A stretch of 61,257 bases of DNA from a virus: positions 1 to 61,257 of the IMG/VR virus record IMGVR_UViG_3300016476_000533. One strand, 5' to 3'. How positions within the stretch are numbered: the stretch's first letter is position 1; each line of letters begins with the position of its first letter. Of this stretch, positions 1 through 8,638 are shown in pieces. The notes under the pieces are model-generated. The model saw nothing but the letters and a program-made list of their open reading frames with translations, had not been told where the DNA came from and ran no database searches. The position numbers and the translations under genes were made by a program.

Positions 1-22
1 TGGCCTTGTTGTAGGAGGCGCG
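1..22. repeat. Window-end duplication: nt 1-22 identical to nt 61236-61257 (circular or permuted assembly join)
   Basis: tggccttgttgtaggaggcgcg is present at both ends of the window. Confidence 0.9.
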
Positions 23-142
23 ACCCTTTTCGTTCAGCCCGCCGGCCGGATTCTGCCCCTCCTTGCGGGTCCACGCAGGCGACTTGGCCCGACCGCCCTC
101 GGAGAAGTAGACCGTGCGCGTGGTGTCCTTGAACCCGTCCAT
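1..142 (-). CDS. Hypothetical small basic protein, 5' part of a junction-spanning ORF (104 aa when joined to 61063..61235)
   Basis: ATG at 140-142 overlaps the stop of the 142..501 ORF (ATGA). The frame runs off nt 1 and continues in frame at 61235 once the 22-nt duplication is removed. N-terminus MDGFKDTTRTVYFSEGG. Confidence 0.55.
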   Translation of the reverse strand, partial: MDGFKDTTRTVYFSEGGRAKSPAWTRKEGQNPAGGLNEKGRASYNKA

Positions 143-501
143 CAGATCCTCGCAGCGAAGTCCACCAGCCCGCCTTCCGCGAAGCCTGGCATGAGCGGGC
201 CGCCTGCCTTCACCGGCGGTTGGCCGAGGGCCGCGCCAAGCGAACCCATCGCGCCCTGCTGCTGGCGTAAAGCAGGGTTTGACGCCGCGCCTTGGAAAGG
301 GGTGCCTTGGGCCTGACCCATTGGCCGTGCCGCTGCCCCCGGAACCGGAGGAGCAACGGGCGGGGGCGCACCGGAGGAGGGGGCCGGTGTGCGGGGGGCC
401 TGCATGGGCGGCGCTTGCAGCGCACCCTTGAACAGGCCCAAGGCTTCTTCGATAGCGGACCTTGCGCGCTCTGTCTGTTCGGTCAGTGACAGGTCGTACA
501 T
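142..501 (-). CDS. Hypothetical protein, Pro/Ala/Gly-rich (119 aa)
   Basis: ORF track. Start abuts the stop of the 502..906 ORF and its stop overlaps the next start. No recognisable domain. Confidence 0.6.
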   Translation of the reverse strand: MYDLSLTEQTERARSAIEEALGLFKGALQAPPMQAPRTPAPSSGAPPPVAPPVPGAAARPMGQAQGTPFQGAASNPALRQQQGAMGSLGAALGQPPVKAGGPLMPGFAEGGLVDFAARI

Positions 502-906
502 CTATGCGGTTCGCTTCTTGATGTCGTATGGGTACGAAAGCGTGCTCGTGGTGAAGATATCTGTAACATGAGGGCCGCTCACCGTAAATTGCTCGGTGGG
601 GCCGCCCCCGATGGTAATCGCAATCGCCGCAACGTCCTTGGCTTCCGTGGCGGCCAGGACGACGGTGAGACCACCCACCGTTGCGGCAATCGCCGCTACG
701 TCCTTCGCCTCGGTCGCCGCAAGCGTTGCGACGAAGTTTGCGACAGTCGCGTTGACCGCCGCCGTGTCTTTCGCCTCGGTCGCCGCGAAGACCGCAACGA
801 GCCCCACGCTCGCGCTGATCGCCGCAGTGTCCTGCGCCTCGGTCGCCGCGAGGGACGCGGTTATCGTCCCTGCGGCGCCCTGCGGTGAGAGCAGGGTAAG
901 GAGCAT
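502..906 (-). CDS. Hypothetical protein with 4-5 tandem ~20-aa AATEA(K/Q)DxAA(I/V) repeats
   Basis: ORF track, 134 aa. G/C-rich third positions in this frame. The repeat is visible at DNA level (gcctcggtcgccgc recurring). Confidence 0.6.
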   Translation of the reverse strand: MLLTLLSPQGAAGTITASLAATEAQDTAAISASVGLVAVFAATEAKDTAAVNATVANFVATLAATEAKDVAAIAATVGGLTVVLAATEAKDVAAIAITIGGGPTEQFTVSGPHVTDIFTTSTLSYPYDIKKRTA

Positions 907-930
907 GTCTTACCCCTTTGCGGTTGCGCC

Positions 931-1092
931 CTAGAGCGTCTTCAACTGATCCAACGTGGCCTGCGTCTCGGCGATCTGCGCGTCCAGCGCGATTAGCAGT
1001 TCCACGTCCCCGTGGACGACAGCCGTGGTCCGCTGCCCGTTGAGGGTCGCCAGCTTGTTGGTCATCAGACGAATGAGGTCAGAGACGGTCAT
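931..1092 (-). CDS. Small hypothetical coiled-coil protein (53 aa, below the ORF-track cutoff)
   Basis: Hand translation gives MTVSDLIRLMTNKLATLNGQRTTAVVHGDVELLIALDAQIAETQATLDQLKTL. ATG overlaps the stop of the 1089..2699 ORF (ATGA). Confidence 0.45.
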   Translation of the reverse strand: MTVSDLIRLMTNKLATLNGQRTTAVVHGDVELLIALDAQIAETQATLDQLKTL

Positions 1093-2699
1093 ACGAGAAC
1101 CACCAATTCCTGACAGACGGTGGAGAGGTGCGACTGGAGCAGGACGACATCGTAGGTGTCCGTCCCGTCAATCGCGCAGTAGGCCGCCATGCGTCCGCCG
1201 AGCGCCGCCGTGCCCGACTGGATGAAGTCGGTGTTGGTGTAGGGCGACAGGACCCGGTTCTGCACGTCGAAGCGGAAGAACTGGTTGGCCGCCGAGGCGA
1301 CGTAGGCGTTGACGTAGAACATCCGCCCCTCGTTCTCGAACGGGGCGTAGCAGCCAGTGGAGCCCGTGCCGATGGTCGTCGTGTTGCCATCGTAGGCAAT
1401 CGCGCCCGTCCATGTGCCGGTGGTTCCGCCGGCGATGTCCAGCAGGTCCAGCGTGGTCGTCGCGCCGCCACGGAAGAAGTAGTTGAAGCTGTGCCGGGCG
1501 TTGCGGGCCGGATCGGGCTGGATGCCGAAGGACGGCGCCCACATGCAGCCCGCCGCGTTCGCCGCCGGGGCCGCGCCGAAGTAGGTGGTCGACCAGGCGT
1601 TTGAAGCGATGCTGTTGGTGCCGTTATTCACGGTCGCATCGCCGTAGTTCCACGTGTAGGTCGTGGTGTTGGCCGTGGTCCGCAGCACCACCAGGTTCGG
1701 CAGTTCGATGACGTATTTGGCCGAGGACGAAGGCTGCGTCGTCCAGGCCGTGCCGAGGGTATAGACCGGCGAGGCCCCCGCCGTATGCGAGGCGATGATC
1801 CGCCGCTGGCCGACCGCGCCGGGCGTGGTCGTGTCCTGCACGATCCTGATCTGGAAGTTGCGGTATTCGTTGGCCAGCACGACCGCGTCACCGCCGGAAG
1901 CCTGTCCGGTCAGGGTCGAAGCGCCCGAGGCCGTGGCGGTCAGGGACATCAGGCCGGTGTCGTAGCTGAACGAACCCTTCACCAGCCCTTCGCCGGGGGC
2001 CATGTCGTAGGGGGTGTATTGCTCGTCCAGCACGAGGATGCTGGAGTCGGTGCTGAGGGTGGCCGGAAGGTTGGTGATCGACAGGCCGGTTGAGAGGGTG
2101 TTGGCCGCGACCTCGAACGAGCGCCACGAGTTCGACGCCAGCGTGCCGGACCCCAGCATGAACAGGCGGCCCGACAGGATTTCGTAGCGGGCGCCCAGCG
2201 CAGGCGTGAAGGTGAACGCCGCATCGACCGTGATGGTCGGGGTCGTGCCGGCCGTGTTGCCGACGATCCAGCGTTCCTCGGTCTTGCCCGCCGTGGTGTC
2301 GATGATGCGGAGCTTGAAGCCCTTGTCGCCAGACCCGCCACGGTTGGCGAGCATGTTGAGGCCGACCGCCGTGGGGAAGGCCGTCGAGATCACCACCGAG
2401 GTCGTCGTCGCGCCCGCTGCGATGGTGCCCACCAGCCCGAGGGACGGGGCGAAGGCTGCGGTCGAGCCCGCGCCGAACGTGCCGGACAGAACCGGCGAGG
2501 CCATCGGCTGCCAGGCCTTGGTGATGATGTTGAAGCGGTTCAGGACCGTGTTGGACAGCAGGTTGTAGACGAAGGGGTTCCGCAGCAAGCCAGAGCGCAG
2601 GTCCGAGACCATTGAGGCGGCGGCGTTGTGCGCGTTCGGGCTCGGGTTGACCTGCCGCCAGACGAGCTGATCGATGACCTTCTTGAACGTATTTGCCAT
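1089..2699 (-). CDS. Virion-module structural protein, function unassigned (536 aa, Thr/Gly/Ala-rich)
   Basis: Long ORF in the late strand downstream of the head genes. No motif I can name. Confidence 0.6.
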   Translation of the reverse strand: MANTFKKVIDQLVWRQVNPSPNAHNAAASMVSDLRSGLLRNPFVYNLLSNTVLNRFNIITKAWQPMASPVLSGTFGAGSTAAFAPSLGLVGTIAAGATTTSVVISTAFPTAVGLNMLANRGGSGDKGFKLRIIDTTAGKTEERWIVGNTAGTTPTITVDAAFTFTPALGARYEILSGRLFMLGSGTLASNSWRSFEVAANTLSTGLSITNLPATLSTDSSILVLDEQYTPYDMAPGEGLVKGSFSYDTGLMSLTATASGASTLTGQASGGDAVVLANEYRNFQIRIVQDTTTPGAVGQRRIIASHTAGASPVYTLGTAWTTQPSSSAKYVIELPNLVVLRTTANTTTYTWNYGDATVNNGTNSIASNAWSTTYFGAAPAANAAGCMWAPSFGIQPDPARNARHSFNYFFRGGATTTLDLLDIAGGTTGTWTGAIAYDGNTTTIGTGSTGCYAPFENEGRMFYVNAYVASAANQFFRFDVQNRVLSPYTNTDFIQSGTAALGGRMAAYCAIDGTDTYDVVLLQSHLSTVCQELVVLV

Positions 2700-2706
2700 T
2701 GGGTCC

Positions 2707-3126
2707 TCAGGTGATCCGGGCGCGGACGCACGCCGCCCAGGCGGCGCGGTTCTGGTCGTAGACCATCATGGTGGAAGGAAAGCCCGAGAAGCCGGTCAGG
2801 TTCTGGAGCGTGTTCAGGGTCGTGACCGTGGAGACGGTCGTCACCGTCGAGACCGTGGTCACGGTGCCGCTTTCGACCACCACCGTGCCGCGCTGCCTGC
2901 CGAGCGACTTGTCGTAGCCGAGCGGGGCCATGAGCATCTGGAGGATGCGCAGCAGCACGTTGCCGGCGTTGTCGTCCTTGACCGGCATGGGGTTGGTCGA
3001 CGAGACATCCGTAGCCGACCCGTCCGCGCCGACGCCGATCTTGACGCGCTGGTGCAGGACGCCGCCGATGTCGTCGGCAGCGACCGTTGCGCCTGATCCG
3101 GGTGTATAGCCTACGTTGTCAGCCAT
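2707..3126 (-). CDS. Hypothetical structural-module protein (139 aa) with a TVSTVTTVSTVTT micro-repeat
   Basis: ORF track; position in the late operon. Confidence 0.6.
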   Translation of the reverse strand: MADNVGYTPGSGATVAADDIGGVLHQRVKIGVGADGSATDVSSTNPMPVKDDNAGNVLLRILQMLMAPLGYDKSLGRQRGTVVVESGTVTTVSTVTTVSTVTTLNTLQNLTGFSGFPSTMMVYDQNRAAWAACVRARIT

Positions 3127-3132
3127 CAGCCC

Positions 3133-3507
3133 TTACCCGTGCGTGATCGTCGCCGACGTCACGGAGACGCTGGCGCCCGAGGTGACAGAAGTCGTGTTGA
3201 CCGTGATGTCCGTGCCGCTGGTGCCGACCGTCAGGCCGTCACACACCACGGTGCCGGTCGAGTCCTTGATCCTGGCGATGGCCGCCGTGCCCGTGTTGGC
3301 CGCCGTGGCGGCGATGGGCGTGCCGCTGAAGGTCAGCACGCCGCTGGACACGGTGCCGCAGGGGTCGTTGAGCGTGACGGTGGCCAGCACGGAAGCGTAG
3401 GCCGCCGTGCAAATCTCGAGCGTGCCTGCCGCCGGGCCGCCGTCAATCGCATCGCGAACGACGGTCAGCCTCGAGTTCTTGACCGCGGTGCTGTAATTAA
3501 CCGCCAT
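3133..3507 (-). CDS. Hypothetical structural-module protein (124 aa)
   Basis: ORF track; overlaps the upstream gene by 11 nt. Confidence 0.6.
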   Translation of the reverse strand: MAVNYSTAVKNSRLTVVRDAIDGGPAAGTLEICTAAYASVLATVTLNDPCGTVSSGVLTFSGTPIAATAANTGTAAIARIKDSTGTVVCDGLTVGTSGTDITVNTTSVTSGASVSVTSATITHG

Positions 3508-4084
3508 TGGCTGCGCTCGTCAGCGACGCCAGGCAGGCGCGCACGGCCTCCTGCACGGTTGCGGACAGCGCCTCGGCCTCGGCCTTCTTGGCAAGGGCGT
3601 CGGCAAGAGCGACCTGCGCCTTCGCGGAAGCCTTCTCGATGTCGCCGGCTGCGGCCTTGGCGGCCTTGACCACCTCGTCCGCCTCGGCCTTGGCGGCCTT
3701 GAGCGCCTTGTCCGCTTCGGCCTTGAGCGCCTTGGCTTCGGCCTCGGCCTCCGCTTTGGCCTTGCTCGCCTCAGTGACCAGCGTGTTGGCCTTGTCCGTC
3801 ATCTCCTGCGCAGCGGCCTTGGCCTTGGCGGTGATGCCCTCGGCTTCGGACTTGGCCTTGGCGATCTTGGCCTTGGCCTCCGCGAGAGCCGCATTGGCCT
3901 CGTCGTAGGCCAGGGCGGCGTCACCCGCGATGCCGAGATCCTGCCGGGCCTTGAGCGCGGCCTCCTCGGCCTGACGCAGGCTGTTGATGCGGTCGGCGAA
4001 CGCCGCGCCACCCTCGGCGGCGAGGGCCACCTTGGCCGCGAGGTCTGCGGCGCCGCCGACAGAGACGGAAAGAGTGTCGGTCAT
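3497..4084 (-). CDS. Ala/Lys/Glu-rich coiled-coil protein (195 aa)
   Basis: ORF track; long AKAEAEAEAKALKAEADKALKAAKAEAD-type heptad-like sequence. Confidence 0.6.
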   Translation of the reverse strand: MTDTLSVSVGGAADLAAKVALAAEGGAAFADRINSLRQAEEAALKARQDLGIAGDAALAYDEANAALAEAKAKIAKAKSEAEGITAKAKAAAQEMTDKANTLVTEASKAKAEAEAEAKALKAEADKALKAAKAEADEVVKAAKAAAGDIEKASAKAQVALADALAKKAEAEALSATVQEAVRACLASLTSAANGG

Positions 4085-4097
4085 TGCCCTCTACCTC

Positions 4098-4424
4098 TTA
4101 GTTCGACGCCACGCCCGACTGGACGAGGGTCAGTGCTGCTGTGCCGGAGCCCGCCGTGACGGTGACGCGGATCCCGCGCACGGCGAAGGCGTAGTTGCTC
4201 ACCGCGCTGGCCGTCTGGGCCACGAGGGTGGTGTGCGGAAACCAGGTTGCCGAGGCGGGCGTGAACGTCGGCGAGAACACGTCGTCGAACGTGTGCTCGA
4301 CGGTGTAGGTGACGGTGCCCGTGACCTTTACCGCGACGCCGATGTTAAACGGGTTCAGCATGTAGTCGGGAACGACGACCGTGCTGCTGCCGGCTCCCGT
4401 CTGGCTGACTGTGACTGGACGCAT
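4098..4424 (-). CDS. Hypothetical structural-module protein (108 aa)
   Basis: ORF track. Confidence 0.6.
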   Translation of the reverse strand: MRPVTVSQTGAGSSTVVVPDYMLNPFNIGVAVKVTGTVTYTVEHTFDDVFSPTFTPASATWFPHTTLVAQTASAVSNYAFAVRGIRVTVTAGSGTAALTLVQSGVASN

Positions 4425-4447
4425 CGCGTCGTCTCCTCAAAGAGTGA

Positions 4448-4467
4448 GGCCGGTCTTGCGACCGGCC
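4448..4467 (-). terminator. GC-rich hairpin (GGCCGGTC-ttgc-GACCGGCC) after the 4476..4916 gene
   Basis: 8-bp perfect stem, followed on the minus strand by TCACTCTTTGAGG. Confidence 0.45.
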
Positions 4468-4475
4468 CCTGACCC

Positions 4476-4916
4476 TTAGATGCCGGTGGTCTGGACGTAG
4501 TTGACCGTGACACGGACCTGACCAGCCGTGGGCTGGCCGACCGAGGTCACGGTGGCGAAGACGCCCTCGCTGGACCCGACGTCGTCCATGGCGGCCAGTT
4601 GCGCCGCGCTGAAGGTCGGAATGGTCCGGCCCGCAGTCTTGGCGTTGACGCCCGAAGCGTACTGGGTGCCCGCCGCGGCGGTGCCCACGGTCAGCGTCGC
4701 CGAGGTGGCGCTGTTGTAGGCGGTCAGAACGTCACAGAAGATGTTGACGATCTGGCTGTTGACCGGGAGCAGGATGGACTGCGTCTGAACCAGCGTCGCG
4801 TCGAAGTTGACGAGGAAGGTCTGAGAGAGGACTGCCAGACCGACGTTGTTGCCGCCGGGAGTGCCGGGCGGCTTGTCGCCAGAGGCCAGAGGGCCACTGA
4901 AAGCGGTTTGAGCCAT
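4476..4916 (-). CDS. Hypothetical head-proximal structural protein (146 aa)
   Basis: ORF track; followed by a hairpin terminator, which suggests an abundant product. Confidence 0.65.
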   Translation of the reverse strand: MAQTAFSGPLASGDKPPGTPGGNNVGLAVLSQTFLVNFDATLVQTQSILLPVNSQIVNIFCDVLTAYNSATSATLTVGTAAAGTQYASGVNAKTAGRTIPTFSAAQLAAMDDVGSSEGVFATVTSVGQPTAGQVRVTVNYVQTTGI

Positions 4917-4931
4917 TGTGTTATCCCTTGG

Positions 4932-5540
4932 CTAGGTTTTGTGCCGGAGCAAGTACTGCGCGGCGTTGAGGAGAAGTTCGGGGCTGTCCTGAAACAGGCC
5001 GAGACCAATGTTGCACGAGGAGCAGAGCAACCCTCGCACAGCGCCCGAGGTGTGACAATGATCGACCGCCAGAGCTTTGGTTTTGCCCGAGAGCCCGTTT
5101 ACCGACCGCTCCGGCTGCTCGCAGATAAGGCACAGCCCACCTTGCTGCTTGTGAAGCCGGAAAAACTCCGTCTCGTCTGTTCCGTACGACTTCATGGTTT
5201 TCCGGCGCAGATAGTGTGCGTGGCACAACCCCTTGGCGTACAAAATGTCCTCGCACCCCTCGACCTTGCACGGCTTTGGGGGCCGCTTGCGATCCGGGTA
5301 CGTCGTGAACCCCCGGCGAAGTTTCCTCTGGTAGTGCGTGGCGCACAGCCCGTTGGCCTTCACCGGATTGGAGCAACCATCCTCCACACACTCCGGCGGC
5401 TTGTCCCGCACGCGAGACTTGATGGTCTCCGTGATCGGGGCGCCCCGCTTGAACTGCATGTAGTGCGTTTGACATAAGCCTCTTGCCTTGTGAGGGCGGT
5501 CGCATCCGTTGACGGTACAAGTCTCGTGAAGTCTCAGCAT
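4932..5540 (-). CDS. Endonuclease VII-family (His-Me finger) putative free-standing homing endonuclease with three N-terminal GC-x2-P-x3-GLC-x2-HY zinc-motif repeats
   Basis: C-terminal AVDHCHTSGAVRGLLCSSCNIGLGLF matches the recombination endonuclease VII motif. Visibly lower GC than the flanks. Inserted directly downstream of the capsid gene. Confidence 0.8.
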   Translation of the reverse strand: MLRLHETCTVNGCDRPHKARGLCQTHYMQFKRGAPITETIKSRVRDKPPECVEDGCSNPVKANGLCATHYQRKLRRGFTTYPDRKRPPKPCKVEGCEDILYAKGLCHAHYLRRKTMKSYGTDETEFFRLHKQQGGLCLICEQPERSVNGLSGKTKALAVDHCHTSGAVRGLLCSSCNIGLGLFQDSPELLLNAAQYLLRHKT

Positions 5541-5596
5541 TTCCCTTCTCCAATTCGTGCTAGGAGTGTATCCTAGTGCCGAATGTGGAGAAGGGA
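5541..5596 (-). promoter_or_regulatory. Long near-perfect hairpin whose 3' arm (minus strand) contains the GGAGAAGGG Shine-Dalgarno of the endonuclease gene
   Basis: TTCCCTTCTCCA (5541-5552) pairs with TGGAGAAGGGAA (5585-5596). Inner ATTCG/CGAAT and CTAGGA/TCCTAG pairs extend the stem. Confidence 0.5.
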
Positions 5597-5614
5597 AAGC
5601 CTTATTTTACGGGA

Positions 5615-6529
5615 CTATACGCCAGCGGTACCGTAGATACCGCGGGGGTCCGTCCACCCAAATGAGTAGCGTTCTGTGGCCTTGTAGCGCATGGAGTCGG
5701 TTTCGAAGTCACCTTCCATGGACTTTTCGAGGCCGCGACGCTTGGCCAGCTTCAGGCCCTCGGGCGCATCGGTCTGGACCCACCAGGCGGTGGTCGAGGT
5801 GATACGAGCGAGGTTGGCCTGACCGCCGTCCAGCATCCCCATCGACTTGACGGGGTTGATGTCGTTGTTGGCGGTGCCGGCGCGCAGGGCCGAGTTCAGG
5901 AGGACTTCGGCCTGGAACACGTTGGACGGGCTCACGACCAGCTTCTTCGGCGTCAGCCGGATGCGCTTGCCGTTGTTGTCCACGGCGTTGCGGATCTGGA
6001 TGAGCATCTGCTCCAGCGAGGTCTGCGACAGCGCGGCGGCGGTCGTAAGCTGGTTGGAGAAGGTGCCGTTGACGATGGGGTGGTTGGTCGCCACCAGCGA
6101 AACGCCATCGCCACCCGTGTACGAGCCGTTGAAGGCGCGGTTCAGGATGTTGGCGCCGAGGGTCTCCTTGGTCTCGATCAGGGACTGAGCGAGGTGGCGG
6201 GAGTAGGTCGAGCCAACGCGGATGTGATCGCCGTCTTCCACGAGGACCTTGGTCAGGGCGAAGGCCAGACCGTAGACCTTGTAGACGTAGCGGGCCAGGA
6301 ACAGCACGCCACCGGACTGGTAGGTCACGGGCATGCCGTCCGGGAGTTCCGGGGCGGCGCCCATGCCGTACATCACGACTTCCTCGTGGTAGTTCCGCGG
6401 GATGCCGTTGAACTCGGAGAAGACCTGCTTCCACTCGTCGGCTCGCTGATCGTAGATGCCGTTGAACTGCTCGTTGAGGATCGGCTCAACGATGGAGCGG
6501 AAGTCAGTTGACCTCATGGGGGTAGCCAT
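5615..6529 (-). CDS. Major capsid protein (HK97-fold type)
   Basis: 304 aa. Position after the scaffold-like gene. Sequence character typical of phage major head subunits (NHPIVNG..., ...WWVQTD...YSFGWTDPRG). Confidence 0.85.
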   Translation of the reverse strand: MATPMRSTDFRSIVEPILNEQFNGIYDQRADEWKQVFSEFNGIPRNYHEEVVMYGMGAAPELPDGMPVTYQSGGVLFLARYVYKVYGLAFALTKVLVEDGDHIRVGSTYSRHLAQSLIETKETLGANILNRAFNGSYTGGDGVSLVATNHPIVNGTFSNQLTTAAALSQTSLEQMLIQIRNAVDNNGKRIRLTPKKLVVSPSNVFQAEVLLNSALRAGTANNDINPVKSMGMLDGGQANLARITSTTAWWVQTDAPEGLKLAKRRGLEKSMEGDFETDSMRYKATERYSFGWTDPRGIYGTAGV

Positions 6530-6543
6530 TGTGTGGGTCCTCC

Positions 6544-7104
6544 TTAGAAGGCAACGCGGTCAGCGACGAACTGGTGTTCGGCGATCTGGACCTGAAGGAT
6601 GACGTAGGTGTCCCCGAACGCATTGTCGGGGCCGGGCGAAGCGTTGAGAATCTTCAGCGACGCATTGCCGACCGCGGTCAGCGTGGCGGCGTCGAGCATG
6701 AGCTGCGACAGGCCCGTGGTCGCGGAACCGGCGGTGATGGTCGTGAAGTCCGCCTGAGAGCCGATGTCCGACACGGCGATGGTCGCCGAGGACTGGATCT
6801 CGTAGACGATGGACGGGTCCACCGTGACGTAGGCGATGATGTCGGTGCCGGCGGTGGAGGCGGTCCACTTGTTGGACACGCGGCGCCGACCTTCGGAGTC
6901 GGTGAACTCGACGCCCTGGAAGGTTCCAACGAAGCGGTCGCCGATGGCGGCCGCCTCAATGGTCCCGTTGGTGCCGATCTTGACCGGCTGGTTCTGGAGG
7001 ATGTTCGACCCGTAACCCGTCAGGATGCTCATGGCGACGGGACGAACCACGCCGCTCGGAGAATAGACGGGACGGAGGCCGAACGGTTGAGAAGTCGCGG
7101 ACAT
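6544..7104 (-). CDS. Hypothetical head-module protein (186 aa; decoration or accessory candidate)
   Basis: ORF track; lies immediately upstream of the capsid gene. Confidence 0.6.
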   Translation of the reverse strand: MSATSQPFGLRPVYSPSGVVRPVAMSILTGYGSNILQNQPVKIGTNGTIEAAAIGDRFVGTFQGVEFTDSEGRRRVSNKWTASTAGTDIIAYVTVDPSIVYEIQSSATIAVSDIGSQADFTTITAGSATTGLSQLMLDAATLTAVGNASLKILNASPGPDNAFGDTYVILQVQIAEHQFVADRVAF

Positions 7105-7139
7105 TGCGTCTTACCTCATTCGGGGTGGAAGGATCCGCC

Positions 7140-7679
7140 CTAAGAGGTGAAGACTCCTCGGGCGGGGTTGCCGGAACTGATGTCTGCCGTGCCATCCCCC
7201 ATGTCGAGTCTGCCGCCCATTCGATTGGCCTGCTCCACCAGCGACTGCGTGGTGTCGTCAAGCCTCTCTTCTTCTCGGGCGGGTGCATCGTGGTGCGCTT
7301 CCTGCATGAACGCCTCGTAGAGGTTCATGGGCAGCTTGAACGCGAGCATCTCGTTGATGCCGATGAGCCCTGCGTACTCACCCGTCTTGAGGGTGGAGTG
7401 GTCCAGGCCGGGAGCATCTTCCAGCGTCACCGGCGTGTACCCCAGCATCATCCTGCGATGGATGCTGTCGCGGGGGTTCGTCGTCGTCAACCAGCATACA
7501 TGGTAGCCGGGGATCGGCGGCAGGTCGGGCAGAGCATCGTTGAACATCTGCTGGCGGAACATCATCAGCCGGTCGTCATCGGTCCTCACGCGGTCCTCGG
7601 TGACGTTGCGGTCTTCCGAGGCGCGGGACCGGCGTCCAGCACCGATTTCCTTCTTGAGCCTATCATCTTCCTCGATCAT
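7140..7679 (-). CDS. Hypothetical head-module protein (179 aa)
   Basis: ORF track. Confidence 0.6.
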   Translation of the reverse strand: MIEEDDRLKKEIGAGRRSRASEDRNVTEDRVRTDDDRLMMFRQQMFNDALPDLPPIPGYHVCWLTTTNPRDSIHRRMMLGYTPVTLEDAPGLDHSTLKTGEYAGLIGINEMLAFKLPMNLYEAFMQEAHHDAPAREEERLDDTTQSLVEQANRMGGRLDMGDGTADISSGNPARGVFTS

Positions 7680-7695
7680 TGTCTCGCCCTTTCTT

Positions 7696-8625
7696 TCAGC
7701 GGCGGTTGCGGTCGTACTCAGCGTACGCCTTGAGGTACTTGTTCCTGGCTACGGGATCGTCCCACACGCCCGCCTCCTCCATGGCCTGGCGCCGCTCGGG
7801 AGTGACGTAGACGCCCTTGCGGGTGGAGGCCGGCACATGTTCGCGGCTCGTGCCCATGGGCGGGGCCTTGCGGCGCGCCGGGGCGGGAGCGGCAGGCTCC
7901 TCGTCGGTCACGCCGAAACGGGACTCTATGCGCCTTTTCAACTCTTTGAAATACGCTGGGTTGGTGGGGTCCCAGCCCTCGGACATGAGCCTGCGGTCAA
8001 TGGCGTCCGCCGCGACGGAAGCCTCGTCCGTGCCGCCGGGCGTGTACCACGGGTTCGCGGCCATCCACTGCTGCGCGTAGGTGCGCACGCGGGGGTCGGG
8101 ACCCGTCTGCGGCTTGTAGCGAGCCCTCTCGGTCTCGGCTTCCTGCGCCCGCCGGATGGCCTCGTCCCGCAGGCGGATGGCGGCGGCCACGTCGGCCCCG
8201 TTGCCCGCCTCCACGGCGCGAGCGATGATCTGCTCGGCCTGACGGACCTCGTCCTGAGCCGCGGCGAGCCGCTGCTCCGAGACGTGAGCGCGTTGCGAGG
8301 CGAGGTCCGTCTCGATGCCGCCGACCTTCTTGAGCAGGTCGGAGTTGATCTCGCGGAGCATCCGCACTTCGGCTTCAAGGCGCTCTTGAGCCTGCTTGCG
8401 GGCCTGGCGGCGCTTCTGCCGTTTCACCCGGTTGCGGTTGACGATCTCGTCTTCGGACTCCTCCTCGGACTCGCCGAAGCGTTCGTCCTCGTCGTCATCC
8501 TCGTCATCGTCGGGCTCGGGCGCCGCGGCTTCCGGCTCGGCAGGGGCTTCGGCCTCCTGCTCGGGGATCTCATCGGTCTCGATGATCTCCAGTTCGTCGT
8601 CGTCGCTCTCGGTAAGGGTGGCCAT
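7696..8625 (-). CDS. Putative scaffolding protein (very acidic N-terminus, basic/coiled-coil middle)
   Basis: 309 aa; DDDEDDDEDE tract followed by RQKRRQARKQAQERLEAEVR; position between portal and capsid genes. Confidence 0.5.
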   Translation of the reverse strand: MATLTESDDDELEIIETDEIPEQEAEAPAEPEAAAPEPDDDEDDDEDERFGESEEESEDEIVNRNRVKRQKRRQARKQAQERLEAEVRMLREINSDLLKKVGGIETDLASQRAHVSEQRLAAAQDEVRQAEQIIARAVEAGNGADVAAAIRLRDEAIRRAQEAETERARYKPQTGPDPRVRTYAQQWMAANPWYTPGGTDEASVAADAIDRRLMSEGWDPTNPAYFKELKRRIESRFGVTDEEPAAPAPARRKAPPMGTSREHVPASTRKGVYVTPERRQAMEEAGVWDDPVARNKYLKAYAEYDRNRR

Positions 8626-8638
8626 GCGCCAGTGCTCC

